64,000 nucleotides of DNA from Cyanobacteria bacterium P01_D01_bin.156 (GTDB lineage Bacteria > Cyanobacteriota > Cyanobacteriia > Phormidesmidales > Phormidesmidaceae): assembly GCA_039024555.1 (NCBI GenBank), contig JBCCQQ010000013.1, positions 41,216 to 105,215 on the forward strand, given 5' to 3'. The translations under genes and the position numbers were made by a program. The stretch's first letter is position 1, and every line of letters starts with the position of its first letter. Positions 29,724 through 40,500 of this stretch are shown one piece after another. The notes beneath the pieces are model-generated. The model was given only the letters and a program-made list of their open reading frames with translations, was not told the origin of the DNA and searched no databases.

Positions 29724-31475
29724 TTACACTGCCGCAGGCTCATTGGACAAGCTTTGAATCGTTTGCTGCATGTCAGCAATTGCCTGCAGTTGATAGTCAC
29801 TGACTTCCTGAAAGCGAGCTAATGTCCCAAAAACAGTCTCTAGTATTTGTTGGACAGCATGTATTTTTTCCGTTGCTGGTTCCAAACAATCGTTGCGAGC
29901 TGAGATGGCTTGATCCATGCCAGACCAATCTTTAACAGTCTGCTCCAGCGTTTCTCGTTCATTCTCAAGATTTGCCAACTGATTAGCCAGGTCGGCTTCC
30001 TTGGAATCAACCTGTTGCTGCAACGTATCGCACCGGGTCTGTAGTTGAGAAATTAGTTCTTCTAACTCAGTGGCCTGATTGGCTAACTGCTGCCGCACTT
30101 GGTCAATGTGATCCAGAACAGGCTCCAAATCAGCAGCATCTGCAATCGGACTTTCTACGGTTGCTTGGCCCTGACGACGCAATAAGACGGCCCGATGTTG
30201 GCTTAAAATTTCTTCACGTTCTAGCAGGTTTCGACGCTGACCCACCAAAGTTTTATTGAGCATATCGTAACGATCTTGCTCGTCTGTAATCTCAGCTTCA
30301 ATCTGCAAACGATCGTACTCGCTTGCCGCATCTGCCTTTTGCTTCAGCTCATCAATAGCTTGCTGCTGATACGTCAACTCTTCTTCTTGATCGCTCACAA
30401 ATCGTGACATCTTATCCCAGTCAGTTGCCATATTGGCCACCAAAGATTCAAGCTCTTCCAAAGACATTTCTTCGAGCCTGCTGAGGTCAATTTTTTTGCC
30501 TAGCCGGACCTGATCACCGGTATTCAAAAGCTCATAAACCTTTTGATAAACACCGCTTTGCTGATTTAGTTGCTCCGATACCAGCTGGTTTTGCTGCTTT
30601 TTTTGAGTGAGTTCAACTTTGACTTGCTGAAGCTCTAGACATAGCTCTAATAGCGATGTGCGCTCTCGATCAGTAGATTCACATAACTGCTTAACAGACT
30701 GCTTGTAGCGATTCATATCACCAGCTTTACCCTGCAGCTGATCCTGTAGCTGAGTAACCCGCTCCTGCCAGCTCACTACCAGACCCTCCTGCTCAGTAAA
30801 AGCTTCTCTAGTGCTGAGCAGCTGCTGCCGCATATCCTCCGTAGGCAGCACACTGGTCATTAACTTTTCTACAGACTTCTGCAGTCTTTGAGCTTGAGAA
30901 GCATCTAACCCAGTCTGAGCAGATACGGTTTCACGATGCTCATCAAGCTTTTGCTTTTCCCCATTTAAGTGAGCCCAAGCTCCTTCCAATTCAGCATTTT
31001 TACGCTCATAAGCTTGACGTTGCTCGGCCAACTCAGCACGAGACGCTTCTAGCTCCTGCTGCTGAGCATCTAACTCAGATAGTCCCTCTTCCGCCTGCTT
31101 AATCTCATCTTCACGAGTATCCAGCTCTAACTCACGTTGATTCAGAGCCTGACTCTGATACGTTAGGGACTCTTTCCACTGCTCAATCTCGTCTTCTTGA
31201 GCCTTGAACTTCTTGTTTAAACTAGAAAAATTTTGCAGGATGCTCACTAACTGCCGACCGGCCTCGTAGTGACGCTGCACTTGACGGCCGTTGGAAAGTT
31301 CAATCAAGACCAATGTCCCAGCACCATATGCTGCATCATCGGGGGCCGGAATCAATTCGTCCCCTGATACAGCACTCCAGTTCTGTTCTGACCGCTCGCA
31401 GGCCAAAAGCTTAAACTCAGGCCGACTGCCACCCATGAAACCACTTTTTTTCTGAACTTCGGCCAAATAACGCAC
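29724..31475 (-). CDS. hmpF: Pilus motility/taxis coiled-coil protein HmpF
   Basis: N-terminus YLAEVQKKSGFMGG...KLLAC.RSEQ.W; long coiled coil; divergent from the hmp cluster; GTG at 31475 with AAGGGG RBS. Confidence 0.9.
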   Translation of the reverse strand: MRYLAEVQKKSGFMGGSRPEFKLLACERSEQNWSAVSGDELIPAPDDAAYGAGTLVLIELSNGRQVQRHYEAGRQLVSILQNFSSLNKKFKAQEDEIEQWKESLTYQSQALNQRELELDTREDEIKQAEEGLSELDAQQQELEASRAELAEQRQAYERKNAELEGAWAHLNGEKQKLDEHRETVSAQTGLDASQAQRLQKSVEKLMTSVLPTEDMRQQLLSTREAFTEQEGLVVSWQERVTQLQDQLQGKAGDMNRYKQSVKQLCESTDRERTSLLELCLELQQVKVELTQKKQQNQLVSEQLNQQSGVYQKVYELLNTGDQVRLGKKIDLSRLEEMSLEELESLVANMATDWDKMSRFVSDQEEELTYQQQAIDELKQKADAASEYDRLQIEAEITDEQDRYDMLNKTLVGQRRNLLEREEILSQHRAVLLRRQGQATVESPIADAADLEPVLDHIDQVRQQLANQATELEELISQLQTRCDTLQQQVDSKEADLANQLANLENERETLEQTVKDWSGMDQAISARNDCLEPATEKIHAVQQILETVFGTLARFQEVSDYQLQAIADMQQTIQSLSNEPAAV

Positions 31476-31969
31476 GCTGGCATCCCCTTGATTAACCAAT
31501 AGCCGTAGAGAAGCGATCTCTACCTACAGACTTCTGCATCTCACTAACGAACACATTAAGAACTTAAAGCAACCTGTTTATCAAAATATTTGCGTAAAAT
31601 CAACAACATCACTTTTATAGTCCCCAATAGCTAGCATTACTTCTAAAATCCTATGAGGTAATTACCTGGGTGTTTTTCAGTAAAAAGCTATCAAGACAGC
31701 CTTATTCCCAATCTTTGCTTAGTACACAGACAAAACCATCTCCCATAAGGTATTTACATACCTATATGAATCTGTAAGCGATAAACCCGCAATACAACAT
31801 ACCATTCACACAAAAAATATTGATTTATAAACAATCGCTAAACTATTTAGCCCTAGAAAGCTGCTGGAAAGCAACTTTATCGTTAAAGTTATGCTAATTG
31901 ATTCTAGCTAATGCCGCCCAGCAATGTAGCCAACCTAGCTACCAAGTGCCAATTCCTTAGGACAAACCT

Positions 31970-33178
31970 ATGCAAGGCCAGTTAAGCGAACTGGATATTC
32001 GCAGTATTTTTCAACTGATTGATATTGGTCAACAGACTGGAGAGCTCTATGTCGATTCCTTCAACGGTCAGGGACATCCCACATCGTGGTTAATCTTTTT
32101 TGCTAATGGTGGCATCTTATATGCGGGACGCACGGATGAACAATTAGAAAGACTGCGAGAAAGTCTGGCCTCCTACAAGCTTTCTATTGATTGGAAAAGC
32201 ATAGATTTGGCTAACTTAGCCCCGCTGCGCCCTCCTGAATATGGTGCTTTGTGGTGGTTATTGGAAAATAATGTAGTTACACCTCAACAGGCCCGTTCCA
32301 CTCTCTATCGTCTGGTTGAAGAGACATTATTTGAGGTTGTCAGCTTACATCAGGGGCAATTTTACTTTCACTTTCACGCATCCTTGAGTCCTCAATTAAC
32401 AAAATTCAGTATTGCTCCCTTTATCAAGCAAGTCACTCGGCAGCTACAGGGATGGTTAAAACTACAACCCCATATTAGTTCCATATATGATTGCCCCGTA
32501 GCGACAGAGCGTCTAGCTATGGATAAACCCCTAAGCTCTACATCACTCATGTCTAAAGCAGATGGCAAGACATCTATCCTTAGGCTTTCCCGTCAATTCC
32601 ATCGCACAATTTTTAGCATTGCAGAGGAGCTATACCCCCATATTCAGTCAGGAAAGGTTCAGCTAATAAATATCCCTAAACCAGCTCCCCAGCAAAAAAT
32701 AAATGGTGCGAGTCATAAAGCAGTGCCACGCATTGTTTGTATTGATGATACGCCAACAATTCGACAAACTATAGAAGCCATACTGGACACTCATGGCTAT
32801 GAAGTGACGTCCATAGCTAGACCGAGTAAAGCCCTGAGTTTGTTATTTAGCCTGAAACCAGACCTAATTCTTTGTGATGTCGCAATGCCTGAACTTGAAG
32901 GGCATCAGCTATGTGCCATGCTACGACAGGCACCCCACTTCCAATCTGTCCCTATCATCATGTTGACTGGAAAAGATAGCTTTGTTGATCGAGTCAAAGC
33001 CAATATGGCAGGCGCAACAGATTACCTTACCAAACCCTTTGATGATCTAGAACTTCTGACACTAGTGGAAAAATATGTGGGTCGAGGTAATCCTACGCGA
33101 CTTGCTCCAGAGACTTTACTTGAACAAGAAATCTCTGCCGCTCTTAACCCCGAAAGTTGGAGTGGCTCAGGCACCTGA
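31970..33178 (+). CDS. hmpA: PatA-family response regulator (PATAN/DUF4388 + REC; HmpA/PilG-like)
   Basis: MQGQLSELDIRSIFQLI...TGEL N-domain; C-terminal REC; first gene of the chemosensory cluster. Confidence 0.85.
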   Translation: MQGQLSELDIRSIFQLIDIGQQTGELYVDSFNGQGHPTSWLIFFANGGILYAGRTDEQLERLRESLASYKLSIDWKSIDLANLAPLRPPEYGALWWLLENNVVTPQQARSTLYRLVEETLFEVVSLHQGQFYFHFHASLSPQLTKFSIAPFIKQVTRQLQGWLKLQPHISSIYDCPVATERLAMDKPLSSTSLMSKADGKTSILRLSRQFHRTIFSIAEELYPHIQSGKVQLINIPKPAPQQKINGASHKAVPRIVCIDDTPTIRQTIEAILDTHGYEVTSIARPSKALSLLFSLKPDLILCDVAMPELEGHQLCAMLRQAPHFQSVPIIMLTGKDSFVDRVKANMAGATDYLTKPFDDLELLTLVEKYVGRGNPTRLAPETLLEQEISAALNPESWSGSGT

Positions 33179-33409
33179 TCGGTAGGAGCCTATGGGACTT
33201 GTAACCGCTGGAGATATAGTTCGTCACCACTAAACTCTGTAGAGATGTTGCTGAAGTAACAAACAAAAGAATTTTGATGAAAGTTTAATAAATGAGACAT
33301 GGACGGGTATTTTATTTGGCACAAGCGATAGGGTGTGCATTAATAGCCCATGGATTCATGGTTTAGCTAACCCGTCGCTCATTGACTAATTCAATAGTCA
33401 AAAATAACT

Positions 33410-33418
33410 GGGCATACT
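33410..33418 (+). promoter_or_regulatory. J-box-like (SigJ-type) promoter element
   Basis: GGGCATACT, one change from the Nostoc J-box GGGAATACT, 82 nt before hmpB. Confidence 0.45.
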
Positions 33419-33500
33419 CCTCAACTAGCTATTTCCCCCTAGAAGGGCATAATGAGTTGAATCAAGATATGAACCGGTCTTAAACGGCGAAATTCAGGTT

Positions 33501-33866
33501 ATGAGTACGGTTTTAGTAGTGGAAGATAGCATTGCCCAGAGAGAGATGATTATTGACTTATTACAGGGCAATGGTCTTGATGTCACCACTGCCAGTGACG
33601 GTGTTGAAGCGTTAGCACATATCCAAGGTACGTTGCCTGATCTAGTTGTTTTAGATATCGTTATGCCCCGTATGAACGGATATGAAGTTTGTAGACGAAT
33701 TAAATCGGATCCGAGCACTCAAAATCTGCCAGTGGTTCTCTGTTCCTCTAAGGGTGAAGAGTTTGATCGATATTGGGGCATGAAACAAGGAGCAGATGCC
33801 TACATTGCTAAACCCTTTCAACCCACTGAGCTAGTAGGCACCGTTAAACAGCTATTGCGTAATTAA
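33501..33866 (+). CDS. hmpB: CheY-like response regulator (HmpB/PilH)
   Basis: Single REC domain VLVVED...DIVMP...DRYWGMKQGADAYIAKP. Confidence 0.92.
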   Translation: MSTVLVVEDSIAQREMIIDLLQGNGLDVTTASDGVEALAHIQGTLPDLVVLDIVMPRMNGYEVCRRIKSDPSTQNLPVVLCSSKGEEFDRYWGMKQGADAYIAKPFQPTELVGTVKQLLRN

Positions 33867-33898
33867 AATGCCGATGATTTATGAGGTTACAGGGAACG

Positions 33899-34429
33899 AT
33901 GGTAGGTAATCCAGACTTTCAAACCGGAATAGGGCAAGATCAGGCCCCTGAGCTTCAGAAAATTGAAACACCTGATGGCGAGCTTCATCTGCGTTTTTAT
34001 GTGGGTACTAATGATGAGTTTGCTCTGCCAGCCATTGGAATTCGACGCATCATTGAAAACCCTCCTGATCGAATTACCCCCGTGCCTAATGTATCGCCAC
34101 TGTTATTAGGAACATTAAACGAACAAGGTCGGGTCATTTGGGTGGCTGATTTGGGGCAGTTTCTAGGGTATCCCCAACCAATGAACACGGATAGGGCAGA
34201 AATTCCAGTAATTGCTGTTGAACATCAGGGGACTATGTTAGGCTTAGCCGTTAATCAGATAGTTGGAACAGATTGGCTAGATGCAGAGCGAATGAAAATG
34301 TCACGAGACTATTCCGATACAATGGCCCCTTTTCTTAAAGGTGAGTGGGTATTGGATGTAAATACGGATCGCTCATTGCGGTTACTGGATCATGTTGCAA
34401 TATTGCGTTCAGCACGCTGGGCGGCTTAG
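33899..34429 (+). CDS. hmpC: CheW-like protein (HmpC/PilI)
   Basis: MVGNPDF start, ITPVPNV.PLLLG.LN..GRVIWVADL. Confidence 0.9.
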   Translation: MVGNPDFQTGIGQDQAPELQKIETPDGELHLRFYVGTNDEFALPAIGIRRIIENPPDRITPVPNVSPLLLGTLNEQGRVIWVADLGQFLGYPQPMNTDRAEIPVIAVEHQGTMLGLAVNQIVGTDWLDAERMKMSRDYSDTMAPFLKGEWVLDVNTDRSLRLLDHVAILRSARWAA

Positions 34430-34480
34430 CGTCGGCGAATTCGACAAGATGGAGATGTTTAGACTGTCAGGAGAATACGG

Positions 34481-37354
34481 ATGGCATCGAGCATAGATTA
34501 CGCTCAAACCTATCAAGCCGCAGAACGCGCATATATGCAAGGCAGCTACGAAGAAGCGGCCAATATTATTGAGCAACTGGCAGAAAACTATCCGAGCGAT
34601 CCCAACGTGCTTTTGCTCAAAGGTCATATCTACTGCTATGGGCTCAGTGCTTATGCTGTTGCCCGAGACCAGTATAAGTCTGTTCTAGAGTTGACCTCTG
34701 ATCCCGAATTCGTTAACTACGCTAACAATGGTTTGGCCTATGCAGAACAGATGGATGTAGGCCAGGCACAATCAGATAATAGCGACATAGAGGATATTAC
34801 TGCGGATGGGTTGTTTGATTCCATAGAGCTATATGGGGATATGGGAGAAGATGGCGATGATTTGAGTGCAGGTCTGGACTTATCGTTTGAAGATGCTGAC
34901 GGTAGTAGTTTTCAGTCAGCTGGCCCAGAGGTTAATGCCGGACAGTCTCTTGATAATGCTGCTGCTGGTTCTCCAAGTAGTGACGAAGGCTTCGAGATGG
35001 CTGGGGAGGTTACAGGTGACCCATTTGGGGCCGTTACCGATTATGAGAGTACATCCGGTGAAGACGCGAACGATGATCCGTTTGCCATGGGTGAGTTAGA
35101 CGGCGATTTTAACAATGCCGGGTTGGTTGATCCATTTGCAGATAGCAGTTTAGAAGGTCTAATTTCGTCGTCTGAAGACGATGAAATTACCTTAGGTAGT
35201 GTGGTTAATGATGCGGCTGCGCCTCAAGAGCTTTCACAGTTTGATCAAGACGACTTTAATGATGCCTTTCCATCAGAGGAGGTGTTGGGAGAGGATGCCA
35301 GTGTCTTCTCAGATATTGATGATAATTTCCTAATCACAGATAGTACAGCTAATATCGATACTCCTGGTGATCCAAATCTATTTGAAGAGGCTGAGGATCA
35401 GACTCTCTTTATGATGGAACCAGATGCTGTAGTTCCAGAAGAAAACTTACCTGTATCAGATTTTCAAGAAGAGTTTGGTGCTTCCTCAACCCTGTCAGGT
35501 ATAGAGCCTGCTATGGAAGGGATGGTTGATGACGAAACAGGTGAGCAGACATTTCCAGGTACTGCTCAAACGTTTCCAGGTGTAGACACCATGGATGGAA
35601 TGGAAAGTCAGCAAGGGGATATTGACTTTCTAGATGAGTTTGATGAATTTGATGATCTTGGCAGTCTCCCTGAATTTGATTTGTCAGAGGGGTCTACTGA
35701 ATTTACTGAACCTTCAGCAAGCTCAGATGGCATCTTCTCTCAAGCGCAAGTTCCTAGAGGCAGCTCGGGGTTCAGCATGGTAGAGGATGACGACCAAGCC
35801 ATTATTGGAGATGATGACATTTTCAGTATTGAAACTGCTGATCAGCTTCCCTCATTTACCCAAGGAGAAGAAGTACCAGCTGTTGTTGCGGCAGAAGAAG
35901 AGTCAGGCTCGCTAAATATTCTTAGTAATACGTCTCTGGGTACTAAGCGATTGCTGATGGCAGCAGCAGCAGCGCTGGTCTCTGTGATTTCCGTAACTGC
36001 GGTGAATCAGGCGACTCTAGGTCGGCTCGGAAATAATCTTTCGCCGGATGAAAATCGTAATTTGATCGCGCGTGTTCGTCCGGCCGCTATGGGGGGAGCT
36101 GCTGCTGTTTCTAGTTTTCTAGCGGTATTGGGGCTAGGGGTCTTATTTGATCGACAAGCTAAACGCTCCATCGATAACCTGCAGCAGCAGTTTGACTTAG
36201 TTTCCCAAGGCGATTTGAGTGCTAGGGCAACTGTCTATTCGAATGATGATTTGGGGCAACTGGCCACTGGCTTCAATCAGATGGCAAGGGTTATCCTCAC
36301 CACGACAAGTGAGGCTCAACGTAAAGCGCAAGAGCAGGAGCAGGCTAAAGAGGACTTGCAGCGTCAGGTAATTCGTTTGCTAGATGATGTGGAAGGAGCT
36401 GCCCGGGGTGACTTGACCGTACAAGCAGAAGTTACTGCCGACGTTCTGGGCGCAGTTGCTGATTCCTTTAATTTAACCATTCAAAATCTGAGGGAAATTG
36501 TGCAGCAGGTAAGCGCTGCGGCCTTGCAGGTAACAAAGAGTTCCTCCGATAACGAAATGTTTGCCCGCAGTCTATCGGCCGATGCCCTAAGGCAGGCGGA
36601 AGAATTGGCTGTCACCCTGAATTCTGTCCAGGTGATGACCGAATCGATTCAGCGTGTGGCCGATAGTGCTCAAGAAGCAGAAGAAGTTGCTCGTTCAGCA
36701 TCTGCAACTGCCCTGCGAGGCGGGGAGGCTGTAGAACGCACAGTCGCCGGTATTCTCGAAATTCGCGAGACCGTAGCTGAAACTACCCGAAAGGTAAAGC
36801 GTTTGGCAGAATCGTCTCAGGAAATTTCCAAAATCGTGGCATTAATTTCCCAGATTGCTTCGCGAACAAATCTGTTAGCTCTCAACGCTAGTATTGAGGC
36901 AGCTCGAGCTGGGGAAGCTGGTCGAGGCTTTGCTATTGTGGCCGACGAAGTACGTCAGCTAGCCGATCGAGCGGCAAAAGCATCTAAGGAAATTGAGCAA
37001 ATTGTTTTGCAGATTCAGGGTGAGACTAGCAGTGTAATGACTGCTATGGAAGAAGGTACACAGCAGGTTATTGAGGGTACTCGTCTAGCGGAGCAAGCAA
37101 AGCGATCGCTAGAGGATATCATTCAAGTATCAAATCGTATTGATGTGTTGGTGCGATCGATTACTGCTGATACGGTTGAGCAGACTGAAACATCCCGAGC
37201 CGTTGCTCAGGTTATGCAATCAGTCGAACTTTCGGCTCAGGAAACATCTCAAGAATCTCAGCGAGTGTCAACATCGCTGCAAAACTTAGTGGGTGTCGCC
37301 CGTGATCTGCTGACTTCGGTGGAGCGCTTTAAGGTAGAAGGAGAAAATAAATAA
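34481..37354 (+). CDS. hmpD: Methyl-accepting chemotaxis protein (HmpD/PilJ) with N-terminal TPR and acidic linker
   Basis: TPR start, D/E-rich linker, two TMs, HAMP, signalling tip [31 protein letters not shown]. Confidence 0.93.
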   Translation: MASSIDYAQTYQAAERAYMQGSYEEAANIIEQLAENYPSDPNVLLLKGHIYCYGLSAYAVARDQYKSVLELTSDPEFVNYANNGLAYAEQMDVGQAQSDNSDIEDITADGLFDSIELYGDMGEDGDDLSAGLDLSFEDADGSSFQSAGPEVNAGQSLDNAAAGSPSSDEGFEMAGEVTGDPFGAVTDYESTSGEDANDDPFAMGELDGDFNNAGLVDPFADSSLEGLISSSEDDEITLGSVVNDAAAPQELSQFDQDDFNDAFPSEEVLGEDASVFSDIDDNFLITDSTANIDTPGDPNLFEEAEDQTLFMMEPDAVVPEENLPVSDFQEEFGASSTLSGIEPAMEGMVDDETGEQTFPGTAQTFPGVDTMDGMESQQGDIDFLDEFDEFDDLGSLPEFDLSEGSTEFTEPSASSDGIFSQAQVPRGSSGFSMVEDDDQAIIGDDDIFSIETADQLPSFTQGEEVPAVVAAEEESGSLNILSNTSLGTKRLLMAAAAALVSVISVTAVNQATLGRLGNNLSPDENRNLIARVRPAAMGGAAAVSSFLAVLGLGVLFDRQAKRSIDNLQQQFDLVSQGDLSARATVYSNDDLGQLATGFNQMARVILTTTSEAQRKAQEQEQAKEDLQRQVIRLLDDVEGAARGDLTVQAEVTADVLGAVADSFNLTIQNLREIVQQVSAAALQVTKSSSDNEMFARSLSADALRQAEELAVTLNSVQVMTESIQRVADSAQEAEEVARSASATALRGGEAVERTVAGILEIRETVAETTRKVKRLAESSQEISKIVALISQIASRTNLLALNASIEAARAGEAGRGFAIVADEVRQLADRAAKASKEIEQIVLQIQGETSSVMTAMEEGTQQVIEGTRLAEQAKRSLEDIIQVSNRIDVLVRSITADTVEQTETSRAVAQVMQSVELSAQETSQESQRVSTSLQNLVGVARDLLTSVERFKVEGENK

Positions 37355-37512
37355 TCTGCCGGGGAGCTTAGTAAAGGCGTTGAAGCTGAGAATGGGTAAG
37401 ATCGAGCCATGCTATTTCAAGAAATATGTCAGGGAATAACTACTGCTGGTATTACGTACTTCAAATTATTTAAGGACTAACCTAATTTTCGGTTCTATTT
37501 AGGGAGATAAGG

Positions 37513-40500
37513 GTGATGGTGCCTGAGCAACAGCAACGTATACTGGGCTATTTTATTGAAGAAGCCAAGGACCACCTAAATACTATTGAGCAGGGTCTGT
37601 TAAATCTTCAGGCAACCATCGGCAATCCAGAGATGGCGAATGAGATTTTCCGAGCTGCCCATTCTGTAAAAGGTGGCGCTGCCATGTTGGGTATTGAAAG
37701 CATGCAGCGCACGTCTCATCGCCTGGAAGATTATTTTAAGGTACTAAAAGAATCGCCTGTACAGGTAGATCGACCTTTAGAGTCGATGTTTTTGCGTATT
37801 TTTGATGCTTTGCAGGAGCTCTTAGAGCAGCTTCAAGGCCCCTTTGGGTTGACGGCAGAAAAAGAGCAAAGCATTATGACTGGCGTAGAGCCGGTATTTC
37901 AGCAGCTTGAAGAGCATTTAGAGCAGCTGGTGAAAACGACAGGAGGCTCTATAGCTATACCTGAATCCTCCATCTCTGTAGCCGCTATTCAAACTCCACA
38001 GCCTGTTGAAGAAAGTGCTTTAAAGCTAGTGTTTAGTAGCGATGTCTCAGAAACTCTGAGAGAAATGCTGGCTCGCTTTAAGCAAGCAGATACGGATGAT
38101 ACTCGCAATGCTTTAAAGACCTGTTGTCAATTATTAGAGCAGTTTGGCGAGCAGTTTAGCTTGCCTGCATGGCTAAACTTATCTAAGCATGCACGGTGGG
38201 CTGTATGCGATCGCAATAACGACTATCGTACACTTGCCCCAGTTTTAATTAAAGAAATCAAAAAAGCTCAAGACTTTGTATTGGCAGGTCGTGAACCTGA
38301 AATCTTAATTTCAGAGACCTTACAAACATTGGCTGCCGATAGCGCAGCTAATGAACATACCGACGATACTGACAACTTCGATGCCCTATTTACAGATAGC
38401 CTATTCGATAGCTCAGATGCATCTCTTGAACTAGGCGACTTAGAGATTGCAGAAGACACCAACTTAAGCTCAGATGCTCTCCAGATAGACAGTGTTGCTC
38501 CTGATATCAACGGCGATGATCCTATTTCCTTAGATGATTTGCTCAACGAAGCAGCCATATCTCAATCTGGGCCAGAAGTTGGTGCTGCAGAGTTAATGAG
38601 CTTAGCCGATCTCTTTGAAACCAGCAGTGACGAACTCGATAGTGATTGGCAGGAAGAAGATGTTTCTATGTCGAACGATTCGGACATGGAGCAACGCTTA
38701 GATGCGGATGTATCTCCTGACTTCGAAGACTTATTAGCTGATGCTACACCTGTGGCGGCGTCAGATGATTTTACATCTGGAAATGAACTTGCTGACCTAT
38801 TTGGCGATACCGATATCCCGGACACTGCCAGTCAGTTATCCCCTCTAGATGCTGCCTCCAATCGCCCTTCAGCTGTAGATGCAAGAAGTGTTGCATCTAC
38901 AGCACCGTCCGATAATCTTGACTCCATTGATGATTTGTTTATTGAGGCATCTGAGGTTGATGACCCAGCGAGTGTTGATGAACTGTTCGGAGACCTTGCG
39001 CCTGAGACTGAGACCAGTGATGAACTGTTGACAGAGCTAGACACTCCTTCCCCAGAAGAAATCAACATAGACTTGTTGCAAGATAGTTTGTTTGCTGAGG
39101 TTTCTGAGCCTAGCGAGCCAGCAACTATTGATGACATGGCGAGTGTTGATGAACTGTTCGGAGGCCTTGCGCCTGAGACTGAGACCAGTGATGAACTGTT
39201 GACAGAGCTAGACACTCCTTCCCCAGAAGAAATCAACATAGACTTGTTGCAAGATAGTTTGTTTGCTGAGGTTTCTGAGCCTAGCGAGCCAGCAGCTATT
39301 GATGACATGGCGAGTGTTGATGAACTGTTCGGAGACCTTGTTGCGCCTGAGACTGAGACCAGTGATGAACTGTTGGCGGAGCTAAACAATCCTTCCCCAG
39401 AAGAAATCGATATAGGCTTTCCAGAAGAGAGTAAGGACTCCTTGGATTTAGATGAGTTAGAGTTGCTGGCAGAGTCAAATGTTGAAGAGGAAGATAACAG
39501 TATTACTCTGACAGCATTGTCACTCGATGAAGTCGGCGCACAAGATAGTGAGCCAATGGACACGCCTGAAACAGATCTTGCTCTAGACCTTAGTGGTGCG
39601 CTTGGCAATGACGTCTTAGATAGTGACACCAGTGATTTTGATGCTGCTCTGAAAAACACTCATGACTCATCGCAAAACGATGAATGGTTCAGCAGTGCGT
39701 CATTAGAGATAACTGACCAAATTACTTCTGAAGGTTCTTTAGATGGTGGTGATTTTTTCACGGCTGTTAACGAGCCCGAATCAGAGCAGAGGAGCGTAGC
39801 TGAACCGTCCGAATTTGACGATTTCTTCGAAGTTGATGCCTCTACTCAGTCTGCGCAAATAGAGTCTTTGGCAGATGATCTTTGGGATATCGGTGATAAC
39901 GCTGCAGTGGTCGATACAGCAGATGATCTATTGACAGATATTTGGGCTGAGAATAGTAGCTCAGATGACTTAACTTTAGAGACCGCCGAGCCTTCTCCAG
40001 AGACGCTTACTACTGACGATTCCAATGCTTTGGACCTAGACGATCTCTGGGCTTCCACTGAAGAGAGCTTGGCGGATGATGGGACTTCATCCGACTTATT
40101 TGAAGATAGTTCCGATGTATCTACAACACAACCAGACTTAGAAAATCTATTTGGTAGTGAGCCTGATGGGCTCGTTGATGGCTCCCGGTTCAACTCTCCA
40201 GAGGCGTTGGATGCGTCGATGGCTTCTCTGGATGACCGCGAAGAAAGTGGGGTAGATGAATTATTTGGTGATACACCTCTGGAAAGTTCTGAGATATCTA
40301 GCTTAGACGATATTGAGTTGACCACAGAGACCGTTGATACTGCTGAATATAAGGCCAACTTAGATACAGACTTACTCAATACCCCTCCTTCCAATGATCT
40401 GGAATTTGATCTTCTGGACCTAGAAGATGGCGGCATTGTCACAGGTTTTGTTGACGACATGCCTGTAGATAGAGAAGATTTGCCAGATAGCGCATTAGAA

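Noticed and set aside
38968..39415. CRISPR array interpretation of the repeats
   Set aside because: The units are 171-bp in-frame coding duplications with no unique spacers and no cas genes.
38268..40460. Long Ser-rich minus-strand ORFs (e.g. 38832-39659, 39846-40460)
   Set aside because: Antisense shadows of the Asp/Glu-rich hmpE linker (GAN codons read as Ser-rich on the reverse strand).
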